From Camelus dromedarius (Eukaryota), in contig NC_087436.1 in NCBI RefSeq assembly GCF_036321535.1, positions 82,646,001 through 82,710,000 of the forward strand: 64,000 nucleotides of DNA, given 5' to 3'. How positions within the stretch are numbered: the first letter of the stretch is position 1; every line of letters starts with the position of its first letter. This document shows positions 1-11,031 of this stretch, piece by piece. The position numbers were made by a program, and so were the translations under genes. The notes below the pieces were generated by a model that saw only the letters and a program-made list of their open reading frames with translations, was not told where the DNA came from and ran no database searches.

Positions 1-229
1 ATTGCATATCTCTTATGTTTAGTTATTATTTCATACTGGTTTATCACTGCCTTTCTGCCATTTTTAATTTTAAGTTAACAATTGGGAATGGCACAGAGTT
101 TCCAAAGGACTTCTTCCTCATTTAATAAATTGTGATCAGAAAATTTATCACAGAATTTACAGTTACGTTTTGGCATTTTGGGTTTCAAAATACACCACTT
201 AAACGGAAAACACAGCAAGAAATGAAAAG

Positions 230-760
230 ACTGAATTTGATAATGTCATAGTCATGATAGTGTGTCATTCACAAGTCAGAACTCATAACTATCAGCAGGG
301 GTTGAACTGTTGAAAAAGTTGCAAAACTGACAACAAACAGAACTTAATATCTGATGTAAAAAAAGTGAACTTCTTTGCTTACAAGGAAGAGCTGTACTCA
401 TAAAGCACAGTATTACTGAATTAGTGTTTTCAGAAGCCTGGCTTTGATGGATTGGTGGACTTTCAGAAGTGAGAGAGGTCCATGATTGGTGGACGTGCAG
501 TTGGACTAGTGTGGTCACTGGAACGAGGCACTTACTGGTTGGCTGTTGTCTAGAAATGTGGAGTTGTCACTGATCGGCCGACTTTTGGAAGCTTGGGATG
601 CCATTGATTTGCCAACTTTCAGAAGCATAGTTTACTGGAGTGCGGCTGTTGCTTTTTGGCTGATTTTCAGAGCATGAGCACTGATCCATAACTAATTAAT
701 GGTGATTGCTAGTTCATGACTTGAGACTTTGGCCAAAGAACAGTCCTTTTTTCCTTATGT
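230..760. mobile_element. Probable ancient LTR remnant (LTR78-like)
   Basis: Internal short duplications (GATTGGTGGAC twice, ACTTTCAGAAG twice) and general resemblance to ancient ERV LTRs; boundaries and family uncertain. Confidence 0.3.
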
Positions 761-1609
761 ATGAAAAATATGTATTTTAATTCTAAGCCCCCTGTTCTGG
801 TCTTTCTTCAGTCAAACCTGCAGGGGAGAGCATGTCAGATAGTACAGATCTTTATTTGTGGAGGAATGATTTTTCAGCTAGTGTTACCATTTAGGAGATT
901 TAAGCACCAATTACTGTAGTGGAGAAATAGTGGAAGTTGCCAATCTTTTGTAATTATTGAGAAGAGCTGAATATAAGACACTTGGATAATCTTGACAAAG
1001 TCCAACCAGGAAGCAGGAAAAGTTATTTAAATACAAGACATATCCTGTATATTCAGGACTCTCACAACCCCATCCCAACTACATCTGTGGCCCTGCTTCT
1101 CTATAATCTTCCAGGGTCTCAAAAAGGAGTGGCCCAAGGTGAAGCTGGGTAGTTTGAGAAGTCTCAAGTCAAATTAAAGAGCCACTGAAAAGTTTGACTC
1201 AAAGTAGTGACATGATTGGATTTGCATTTTAGAAAGATCACTGGCATCTGGGTGGGAGATTCAGGAGCAGGGCCCAGATATTGGAACCAGGCTTGTCTGT
1301 TAGGGTGCTCAGCACTCAGGAAAAGAAAAAGAATGCCAGCCATGATATTTTTGTTTTACTGAAGATTGGTAATTTGCTTACAGAATTACGTAAAATAACT
1401 GTCAAAGTTTTGGGGTCTTACTCAAAAGGCATCGCTTTGCCAGTAATCCTAGGAGAGTTTGGACAATGATGAGCAAAGGAAAGACCCAAACTTGTCAAAA
1501 GATCATGAAATTCACAATGTCTTCCCTATGAGGAGTCATGTGTATGCTGGGCATTGAGCAGTTTTCCATACATTACTTCCACTGTGTCATTATGAAGTAG
1601 GCAATTAAT

Positions 1610-1838
1610 TTAGTGCAGTGGCTAAGAGCCAGGTTCTGAAGTTAGAATTTTGGGGTTCAAGTCTGGGTTCTATCAGTGATTTGTTGTGCCAATGCAGGAC
1701 CCACTTTCTTCATCCCTCTGAAGATAAAACAGTGTTATCATGTGTAATCATTTTAAGGACTCCATGAAATAGTGGGCTTAGATTGTCATGTGTAGGGTAT
1801 GTCCTGTTATAAGTGCTTGATAAGTGTTAGCTATTATT
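1610..1838 (+). mobile_element. MIR SINE
   Basis: Degenerate MIR head (GCAGTGGCTAAGAGC...GGGTTCAAGTCTGG) and tail (AAGTGCTTGATAAGTGTTAGCTATTATT). Confidence 0.75.
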
Positions 1839-1844
1839 TTAACA

Positions 1845-1975
1845 TAATTTTACGGGTGAAGAAACTTAATCTTAGAGAGATTAGGTTAGCTTTCCAGGGT
1901 CACACAGGAAAAGGCAGGGGTTCAACCCAGATAAAACTGACTTCAAGTCTTCAGATCTTAAACATTGCTCTCTAC
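1845..1975 (-). mobile_element. MIR SINE fragment
   Basis: ATTTTACGGGTGAAGAAACT...AGGGTCACACAG...GGGTTCAACCCAG matches the MIR core in antisense. Confidence 0.7.
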
Positions 1976-2850
1976 TAGCTCTTAATATCTGGGACAGAGG
2001 TCTGGAGAAAACAAAATATGTGCCTATGAAAGAAGAACAATTGAAGTTATTAGTTTTTTTCAGAAGAAGAAAAGATTATGTGGTCTAGCAGTTGTTGTGT
2101 TCTGCATCATAATAAGAGAGTGGAAGCTAAGACTGACCAACAGCCAAGCCATGTCTGTTACTTGAGATTCAGTTAAAATGTCTTTAAGATATTTCAGGAA
2201 ACATTATGCCATCCTGAGCCTTGGTGCAAATGGAATATGGAATCTATAAGAAATGGTTACCACTTTTTAAAGGACAATGGTTATTTCTAAAAGCAATTAA
2301 TATTGTATCTGTTTTCTTAATTGCACTGGTGTTAATTCAATACAGTGCAATTGAATTTAAGGTTTTTGCCATTTAAACTTCCACCAAAGAAGCCCAGCAG
2401 GGATGTTGTACTACTGCTCATACAGAGAACACATACTCAAGTGCCTAGTTTTGGTTTGTGAACTAGTTTGATTACACAACTTAAAATAATTTGAGTTAAA
2501 ATATCCTCTCTGTGTCTGTACTACTATTCTTGCCTTAATTTTGACATTTGGTTCAGCTACTGTTTATCCAAATTTAAGAAAACAGGAAGACAGTGCAAAG
2601 TCATGGTAATAGAGTAGCCTCTAGATTAAGACTTTGATTCCATTCTTTCCTTAGGAACAGAATAACAATCCTGATTAAGGGTTTATAGGTAACTTGTTTA
2701 GTTACTGAGTTGATGTTAAATTTTAATTAATTGTTTGGTTTTCACAGTAAATTAAAGTTTATGTTTCTCTTTGATGAGATCTTATTGAAACCATAGTTTT
2801 AACTTCTCAATTTACAGGATTAGAAATAGATTAATTACCTTTTTCCCCTA

Positions 2851-3080
2851 GCAGCTTCATTGAGGTGTAATCGACACACAATGCACTGTACATATTCGAA
2901 GTGTACAATTTGATGTTTTGACATAGGTACACACCTATGAAACAATCCCACAATTAAGACAATGGAAAGTATCCATCAGAATTTCCTCATGACCCTTTAA
3001 AATCCCTTTCTTCTACCCTCCCTTCCACCCCCTCACCCCCAGCCCATGAAGCTATTGATCTATTTTCTTTCATTGTAGCT
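2851..3080 (-). mobile_element. L1 (L1MB/MC-type) 3' end fragment
   Basis: GCTTCATTGAGGTGTAATCGACA...AAGTGTACAATTTGATG is the typical antisense old-L1 3' terminus. Confidence 0.75.
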
Positions 3081-3084
3081 TAAA

Positions 3085-3880
3085 GTAGGGGTAGGCAGAA
3101 TTTTAAGATGACTTTGTATAATCCTCTCCCCTTTGAGTGTAGTGAGAACGTGTGAATATGATGAAGTATCATTTTCATAATTATGTCCTGTTCTGTGGCC
3201 AAAGAGATTTGTCAGATGTAATGAAGTTTGCTAATCAGTTGACTTTAAGATAAACAGATTATTTGATTGAGGCTAACCGAGCTAAATGAGGCCTCTAAAA
3301 GCAAAAGTACACTTGGCAACTTGTTAGGTAGCAATAGAAAACTAATACAGATTTTCGTACATGAAAATGGAGTACTAATACAAGAAATTCTTAAAATGTG
3401 GGAATGCCTCTGGAATCAGACAGTGGGTAGAGGCTGGAAAACTGTTAGTAGAAATATAGATGTTAAGGACGCTGCTTATAAGGTCTCAGAAGGAAGTGAA
3501 AAGGGCATTTTGGAGGAACAAGGATCTTGTTATACTTGTGCAGAAAGCTTAGCAGAATTATGTCCCTCGGTTATGATCAAAGCAGAATTTGTAAACCATG
3601 AACTTGGATATATAGCTAAGGAGATTTTTGAGCAAAGTATTGAAGATGCTGCCTGGCTTCTTCTTGCTGCTTATAATAAAATGCAAGAGGAGACATACAT
3701 TGAGAGAAAAATTGTGAAAGAAAAAGGAACCAGGATCTGATGATATTGAAAGGCCCCTGTCTATCCAAATGGTGAAAGAAGCTAAAATTAAGAGATTCAC
3801 TGTCAAGAGAGAATGATCTAGAAAAATAGCTGAGGATGTGACTCACAAACATTTGCTGAAACCTGGGAAAGTTAACAAAA
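3085..3880 (+). mobile_element. MaLR (MLT1) LTR (3085-3349) followed by MLT1 internal sequence
   Basis: LTR start GTAGGCAGAATTTTAAGATG and end GCAATAGAAAACTAATACA, then GATTTTCGTAC. The internal frame translates to MaLR-ORF-like LAELCPSVMIKAEFVNHELGYIAKEIFEQSIEDAAWLLLAAYNKMQEE. Confidence 0.8.
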
Positions 3881-5050
3881 GATAAGAATATTCACATTAA
3901 TTCAAATCCAAGGAAAAGGAAGGCAGGACCAGTTCACCAACCTCTACTAGTACCTAGGTGTGACTGAGGGCGTTGTGTTGCTTCCAGAAGTGACTTAAGA
4001 CTCCTTAAAATTTGGTTAGGCCCTTAGAGCCACCCATGTAAACATGCTGTTTAAATAAAGACACAGTGCTTGCTATGAAAACACAGCCTCAAGGCAAATC
4101 CTCTTTCCATTCTTCCACTCCTTTTCAACCTTCCTGCTTTCCCTGTAAATGTCCTACACATAAATCCTGGAGTGACCACTGTTGTAGTCTTAGCAACTTA
4201 CTTGGTTTGCATCTGTTGATATTACAAGGTTTAAGAATTTGGGATATTTCTGAAAATTCTGAACAAGTGCGTGGAGAGACACAGACTGTTGAGGTTTTGA
4301 ACTCACACATTGGGGAACGGGTTTAGGGATTACCTGCATTGTAGCATGTGTCTGGGGTTCAAGAGAAAGGTGAGTTCAGGTACCCAAACTTCTGCTAGAA
4401 TTATCGTCTGGTTTTCTATGTGGTCCTCCATAGCCAGCACAGATAACTGAGAGATAATTCACAGCTAGACCTCCTGCCTGTATGCACTTTTTGCACATCT
4501 AGCTGCCTTACAATAAGTTTTGGTATCTTGAATATCTATTTTTAAAATTCAGTTTGAATACTAAATTGGTACATTTTAAACTTCATATCGCTGTTTATTT
4601 AAGTCAGAGAGATTTCATGGGAGTTACTGTTTATAGATTGTTAAAGCCTCCTCAGGCATGCCAGGGCTGTTGCATGTGGACAGTTTCTTGAATTATAGCA
4701 CAGGAATGTTAATACCTACCTCAGGAATGATAGGGGTCTTAAATAGGCAGTATATTTACGAAAGAAACCTAGAGTTTTCTTAGATTGCCAACCTTAGTAA
4801 GACAAGAAATGTCAGGGTGACAGAGTTTAAGTGGCTCTTTTCAGATATGTTACACTGATTATCTATATTTAAGATGCAGAACAGCTTCCCAGGAGCTATT
4901 TAATTAAGTGAAAGTAAGCCTAGTCCCTTTGGAACTGAATGTTTTAGTGAGCAAATACGTATCAGCAAGTGAAGGAAGTGGGGGACTTTATTATGTGCTT
5001 CATAGACACGGTGACACTTTATAACCCCATATCAGGGATCCTAAACAGTG

Positions 5051-5083
5051 ATTGGTTGAGAAAATTATCAAACTGACTTTAAA
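5051..5083 (+). promoter_or_regulatory. DSPP: DSPP core promoter: inverted CCAAT (ATTGG 5051-5055) and TATA-like TTTAAA (5078-5083)
   Basis: Motifs seen directly upstream of exon 1. An inverted CCAAT bound by NF-Y is an established feature of the rodent Dspp promoter. Confidence 0.7.
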
Positions 5084-5099
5084 TTTCGGCAGGTACAAA

Positions 5100-5197
5100 A
5101 TTGTCATGCAAAAGTCCGGGGCAGTGTGCCACTCTCAGTCTTCAAAGAGAAAGGTAAGAAATCCTGGATTTTCAAAGTCCCTTTGAAGGCTTTTAAG
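5100..5197 (+). other. DSPP: DSPP exon 1 (non-coding 5' UTR); start approximate
   Basis: TTGTCATGCAAAAGTCC...TTTTAAG resembles the recalled mammalian DSPP 5' UTR; donor AAG|GTAAGA at 5197/5198. Confidence 0.75.
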
Positions 5198-5814
5198 GTA
5201 AGATGGAACATCCTCTTTACTCAGAACCAACTGATTCCTTTAGAAAGAAATCTGAATTTCAGAGAAGTAGCCGACTTGATTTTAAGAAACCAATAACCCT
5301 TATGATTAGACTTTTCCCTTTCCCTTTTGACTTGTCAAATCAAGACTATGTATTAAAAGATAATGGAAGTTTATATGGTAAAGTATGCTAATTCCATCTA
5401 GGAAAATATTGGATCACTGAAGAATATAATTTTTTTCACACCCAGTATGTTAAAATATCAGTTGCTAATAGTCAGAAAAAGTATGTGTAAGGTGAAGCAC
5501 ATATTTTATATATAAAATATTAACAACAGAAAGTATGATTAGATTATCTGATATATAATTCACTAAAGCTCCATTACTGTTATTTTTTAATCCAGAAAAA
5601 CCATCTTTAAGGATGTTTAATCTAGTTAAAGCCATTTTTTTAAGCTCACCACACGATGTAAAATGTGATGAGATTTAATAAAAAAGGAGATAATCTCTTT
5701 CTCTTTCAAATAGTAACATTTAACCCCTGACTCTATTAATAAATAAACATGGATTTGGGAATTTGATTTAACACATTATGTTATATTTATTTCAAGGTCT
5801 GGCTAATCCACTTA

Positions 5815-5910
5815 GTGATAAGCTCCATGAGGGTAGGGCTCATATCTATTTCCATGCATGTGGCCCACATTAGGCCTTCAAATGTCTGTTGAATGAATGA
5901 ATGAATGAAT
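5815..5910 (+). mobile_element. L2 LINE 3' end
   Basis: TAAGCTCCATGAGGGTAGGG...TGTTGAATGAATGAATGAATGAAT terminal repeat. Confidence 0.7.
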
Positions 5911-7503
5911 CTCAGTCTACATTTAATTTTTTGGTCCCTGAAAAATCTACCTTTGGCCTAAAAATTTTGTATTATTTTTGCCAATTGACATTGGAGTTTT
6001 AAAACTAGATTAAAACACTTCTACTGAGGGTATCTGGAGATTCTGACTTCTGTCACACACCTTTTCTGTTTCATGATATAATAACAGGTTTGGAAAATAA
6101 AAGACATGTTACTAAACAATTGGCAAACTGAGGTGGGAACCTGATAAGTATCTGATTGCTTTGATAAAAAATTGGATAACTCAGATTTAAAATATCTACA
6201 TTGGGCTTCGAATCAGAGCTTTAGTTAAGCTTTGCCTTTTAAGATTTTATTAACTTGTTCCAGTAACTAAGTAAAATCTCATTTTGTTTGTGACAATACA
6301 TGAAACAATATGAAGGGGGTTCACACAATTCTGAAGCCTCTGCTTTCAGGCTGACAATACAGCCATTTCGATAATAGTTTTTCAAGCCATTTCCCTACCT
6401 GAGGATGCAGTGGCAAGCAGCGTCGTGCATCGTGCAGTCGTTCTGGAGTTGATCTGAAGGAGGGCTATCGTGGTCAGATTGCAGGATTGCAGCTTAGAAA
6501 TGGGATGCGTATAACCCTGGCCTGCACTCTAGGTACCTTTCCAGGATACCATGTTCCCTCCAAATCACAGTGTGGACTGGCCTCTTCAGAGTCTATGTAA
6601 TAATTAGGTTTGGGACCGCAAAATACAGTATAACCTGGGCTTCCTAAACAGCTGCTCTTCAACATTTATGCCCCAAACTCTGATTGTATTGTCCTGAGGC
6701 CTCCTCAGCCTCGTTTTTAAACTATAGCATTTTTAAAGGAAGTCTAGCTATTCCTGGCTTGCTGCTGAAGGGCTGTTAAGAGTAAGCACAATTTTTTTCC
6801 CCCAACTCAGTAGCTCTGAGAGGAAATGCCAATACTTCTAAGTCAGTTGATGTTCACTGAGGTTTTATTATGTTTCCACTATCAACATTAAATTCAATCA
6901 AGGCTATCTAATGACATACAGTATTTTAATCTATAAGCCCAGTGGGAATGCATGAAATGGAAGTAAAATCCTTCCTTTCTTTCTATAGTGATAGCATCAT
7001 AACATCAAGAAATCCAATTTTCAGTAAACAGCAATTTAAAATTTTGATTCTCATGAATGCACTGTCTATCCCACTGTACTGAAAATATGTATTAGACCAT
7101 TTCTGAATGTGAATTCTAATAGGAATGAAGGGTCATGTTTTTAGAAGTCCCACATAATAATTGCTATCATTTATTAAGAGATTGCTAAATGCACGGAACA
7201 GTGCTACGCGTTGCTTATACTAATAAGTATTTATTCACAAAATGCCCTTTTCCTGTGCCACATTTTGGAATTCAGTGATCACCAAGACACTCACCTGGAC
7301 CTCAGGAGCTCTCAGTAGGGCAGGGAAACATAAATAGCCAGGCTATTTTAAAACAGTGAGAACACTGTGCTGCTCCCAGTGAGGCGTGCAGAAGCTGCAG
7401 GGTGTAAAGAGGGAGAGACACCAAATGCCCTTTGACATAGAGTCAAAGAATGTTCTCAGAGAAAATTCTGCTGCTGATAATCAGGATAATCCTGAAGTGC
7501 AGG

Positions 7504-7640
7504 TATCATTATTATCCTCGACCGAGGAATGAAATGCTTAAACAAGCTACTTAAATTCCCCAAGCTCACACGTCAAGTAGCAAAGGTAGCATTTGAACTC
7601 AGGTCTCTGAATCCCAACTCCACATTCTTTCCACTAGCCT
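7504..7640 (-). mobile_element. MIR SINE fragment (DSPP intron 1)
   Basis: CCCCAAGCTCACAC...ATTTGAACTCAGGTCTCTGAATCCCAA...CTTTCCACT. Confidence 0.65.
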
Positions 7641-8137
7641 GGACTCCTTCATGCTTGTAATTTCTCTCCCTTGCCACCGAGTACAGCCCAATTGTATAGC
7701 TTTGGGGTGGGGATGATAAGTGCTTTATCTTTTAAGCACAACCGTAGCAGGATTAGTTAATGTTTGATTACAACTATTCAGAAGACATGTTATTGCCATC
7801 AAGAAGAGCAGAAGGAGAAAGTTATAGTTATGGCTTTTGTAACTGCATGGCTGTACCCCTTCATTGGCAAAGGCAGAAAAAGTCTAGGTAGCTTCATCAG
7901 TTCTGAGCTTGATGGTGTCCTTGTATGTCTCTGTGACCACTCCAGGTGTGTTCTGGAGCCCTGAGGCTTGGCAGCTTCTTCTCATGTTGGATGTATCCGC
8001 CTTGCCTAGGAAAAAGGCAAATGCTTACAGACCAAAATAATACATTATATGGTTATCATTTTTTGCTCTTCAAGTAATTATGTGCTATTCTTTTTTTTCC
8101 CTTCAAAAACAGCCACTGATTAATATTCCTAAAGAAA

Positions 8138-8188
8138 ATGAAGATAATTATATATTTTTGCATTTGGGTGGTAGCATGGGCCATTCCA
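8138..8188 (+). CDS. DSPP: DSPP exon 2 coding part (exon starts 8113): signal peptide MKIIIYFCIWVVAWA followed by IP
   Basis: 17 codons ATG...CCA; acceptor AG 8111-8112, donor GTAAGT at 8189; typical DSPP signal peptide and IPV start. Confidence 0.97.
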
Positions 8189-8255
8189 GTAAGTATACTT
8201 TCCTCAAAAATTCTTACTTTGCTGCCTCTTTTAAACTAACATTAAAATATATATA

Positions 8256-8354
8256 GGAGGAGGGTATAGCTCAGTGGTGGAGCACATGCTTATCATGCGC
8301 GAGGTCCTGGGTTCAATTCCCAGTACCTCCATCAAAAAAAAAAGTAGAAAAAAG
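8256..8354 (+). mobile_element. tRNA-derived SINE, camelid Vic-type (DSPP intron 2)
   Basis: GGAGGAGGGTATAGCTCAGTGG; A-box 8267-8277, B-box GGTTCAATTCC 8310-8320, then CCCAGTACCTCCA and an A-rich tail. Confidence 0.85.
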
Positions 8355-9348
8355 CATGTATTTCCTTGAGACCTTACAGATCAGCTAAGCCTAAACTTTT
8401 AGATTTGCATGGAAGACTTTACAAGGTATATTAGGGATCTCAACAAAACCAAATATGCACTCCAATGCGTGTTCCCATTCTTCTCACAGAAACTCCTGTC
8501 TTGTTGGAAGTATTATTTTAAAATTCATTTAGATTAACTTACATTTAATGTTTAGATGTCATGGAGATTTGTCCATCTTTGCTCATGCCCTATGAATTTC
8601 ATTTTAATGTCAATGAAGACTGTATTGTTTAGGAAGTTTTCAAGAAAGAAAAATAGGGAAAAAATCACATTTTTTTCAACAAAGGGGAAACTAATGTCTC
8701 ACTCACAGAATTATTTTCCATATGCTCCCTGTGGAAAATTTGGAATATACAGATAAACACCAACAAAGAAAAATTAGGAAAATTAAACCATTTGCAATTC
8801 TATTAGTCAGTTTCTATGGTTAACAGTATGATATGGATATTTTTTCATAATACCAAACATGTTGGTATTTATGTAGTTGAGAGTTTTCCCAGCTATTTCC
8901 ATTGTGCTCTTGAAGGGCACAGAAGGAGCATCGGACTTGCTTTGGCTTCTGCCCTGCCTCTGGTCATGCCTACTGTTCTCTTAGGGGTTTTGGCCAAGGT
9001 TACACTTAACTTGGGTCTGGTGCTATTGCAAGAAACTTAACGTACAGAAACACCAAAGGTCTCTCTCCTCATTTTTATAAAAGACTTCCATTTCTACAGT
9101 TGAGACAAGTGGTCTGGTTAATACTTCAGTAAAATTGGTAATACTGTTATGAAAAATATCTGTATGACAAATTCAAATTCTATATAAGCCCTGTGACAAG
9201 CCACTTTTCTTTTCTACCCAATTAGATCATTCTTTGGCCTCTGTGTTATGTCTTTTTTTCCTTCATTTAGTGAAAAGTGCATGCATGTGTGTGTGTACAT
9301 GTAGACAAAATAAGAATGTTTTCAATTCCAGTATTTTCACTTTGGTAG

Positions 9349-9435
9349 GTTCCTCAGATCAAGCCATTGGAAAGACATGCTGTGAACAAAGATGTGAATT
9401 TAAATCTTCTAGCAAAACCGAAAGTGCCAATACAG
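9349..9435 (+). CDS. DSPP: DSPP exon 3: VPQIKPLERHAVNKDVNLNLLAKPKVPIQ
   Basis: TAG|GTTCCT acceptor, CAG|GTATAG donor; 87 nt, phase 0; homologous to DSPP exon 3. Confidence 0.95.
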
Positions 9436-9560
9436 GTATAGAATGTAGAAATGTGTTTCTAAGCTGTTTTTAGATTCCAAAAAATCAATGCTCATCTTTT
9501 CAGTTTGCTTTACTTTAAGATGATATCCGCAGTTTATTTTGAACTGCTTCTCTTTTCCAG

Positions 9561-10553
9561 GATGAGTTAAATGCCAATGATACCACCAAAGAAAGTGGTG
9601 TCCCCATGTATGAAAAAGAAAGAGAAATGCAACAATATACCAAAGATGGTTACAAGGGAGAGGGGAATGGCTCTGAGTGGGCAGAAGTAGAAAAGAGTTC
9701 TACACAATCTACGGTAGCAAATGAAGAGGGGAACACTGAGGGTCTGAAAGGGGGCGCAGGAAAACCAGAAACATATGGTCATGATGGGATACATGGACAA
9801 GAAGATAGCGCCACCATAAATGGCATCAGGGGGCAAGTAAGCATCATCGACAGTGCTGACACAGCAAATGGGAGCGATATTAATGGAATTGTTGATAAGC
9901 ATTCAGAAAATGGGGGTGTTGGAAATGCAAGTCAGAGTGAGGATGCCACTGTTGTCCAAGAAGATGGACCTCAAGCAGCTGGAAGCAACAACAGTACAGG
10001 TCATGAGGATGAAATAAATGGGAATTTCTGTAGAAATGGGGGTGATACAAGTGCAGTAACACCACAGAGAGAAGGAGAGAGAAGTGGGAATGAGGAAACA
10101 GGGGTTACACCAGGAGGAAGTAGAATTGGCAATAGAGAAGATGTTGGCCTGGATAATTCTGATGGAAGTGCTAGTGGGAATGGAGCAGATGAGGATGAAG
10201 ACAAGGGCTCTGGTGATGATGAAGGTGAGGAAACAGGGAATGGAGGAAAGGGCACAGAAAACAGCAAGGGCCAGGAGGGTCAGCCTCATGGAAAAGAAGA
10301 TGATGATGACAATAGCTTAGGTCAAAATTCAGTTAGTAGTGAAGACGGTGACCCTGGGGACAAAAAAGACTCCCATGCTGTTGATGGAGACAACACCTCC
10401 AAGAGTGAGGAAGAGTCTGACCGTATTCCAGAAGACAATGGTAGTCAAAGAATAGAGGACACTCAAAAACCCAGTCACAAAGAAATCAAAGCTGTGGAAA
10501 ATGGAATCACTGAAAAATTAGAGCCACCTGCTATTGGGAAGAGCCAAGATAAG
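9561..10553 (+). CDS. DSPP: DSPP exon 4 (dentin sialoprotein, DSP region)
   Basis: TTTTCCAG|GATGAG acceptor, AAG|GTTAGT donor; 993 nt = 331 codons, in frame with ORF 9606-10565. One Cys (10029) and two acidic Ser-Gly sites 12 residues apart (10173, 10209), consistent with the GAG attachment sites described for DSP. Confidence 0.97.
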
Positions 10554-11031
10554 GTTAGTTTGTGAAGCTGATTTCTTTCAATGGTAGTTTAAATTCTCCC
10601 CCTCCTTCCACTGACGGTAGCACAAAAATAAAGCGTGACAAACATTCATGTATTTTTGCACCTAAATTACTTGAATGTTTAAGGGGAAAGCTGGGGTCCT
10701 TACTAGAAATTGATACAGAACAATTTTAAAAGGCAGATGTCTCTGAAAACTTGGTTATAATTCTTTAAAAGTCATATGCTAAACAATTAATTCACCATGT
10801 AACTGTTTACCAAAGTTCCTACTAGGTAGACATCCTACTGGGATGACCTATAAACACCAGAGTACTTTCAAGTACTGAATAAGGCACATTTTCACAAACA
10901 GATGTTTCTGAAGCACTGGAAGCTGAACTCCTGTTCTCTGGTCACTTTCCCCAGATAGTCTTCCTCAGACCAATGCAGTTTTGCAGCATAACATTCACTA
11001 ATTAATCATGCTTTTCTCCATCTTTCCGTAG

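Noticed and set aside
1610-1975. Adjacent inverted MIR pair as a possible hairpin
   Set aside because: Copies are too diverged and overlap only partly; a common arrangement.
8256-8333. tRNA-like sequence with A and B boxes
   Set aside because: A-rich tail, no acceptor stem, and a second diverged copy with TSD at 36911: a SINE, not a tRNA gene.
9325-9348. Competing AG (9330-9331) 17 nt upstream of the DSPP exon 3 acceptor
   Set aside because: Use would frameshift, and it lies only ~6 nt after the likely branch point (TTCAAT), too close to be selected.
9880-10320. Several overlapping ORFs over DSPP exon 4
   Set aside because: Shadow frames of a purine-rich coding exon.
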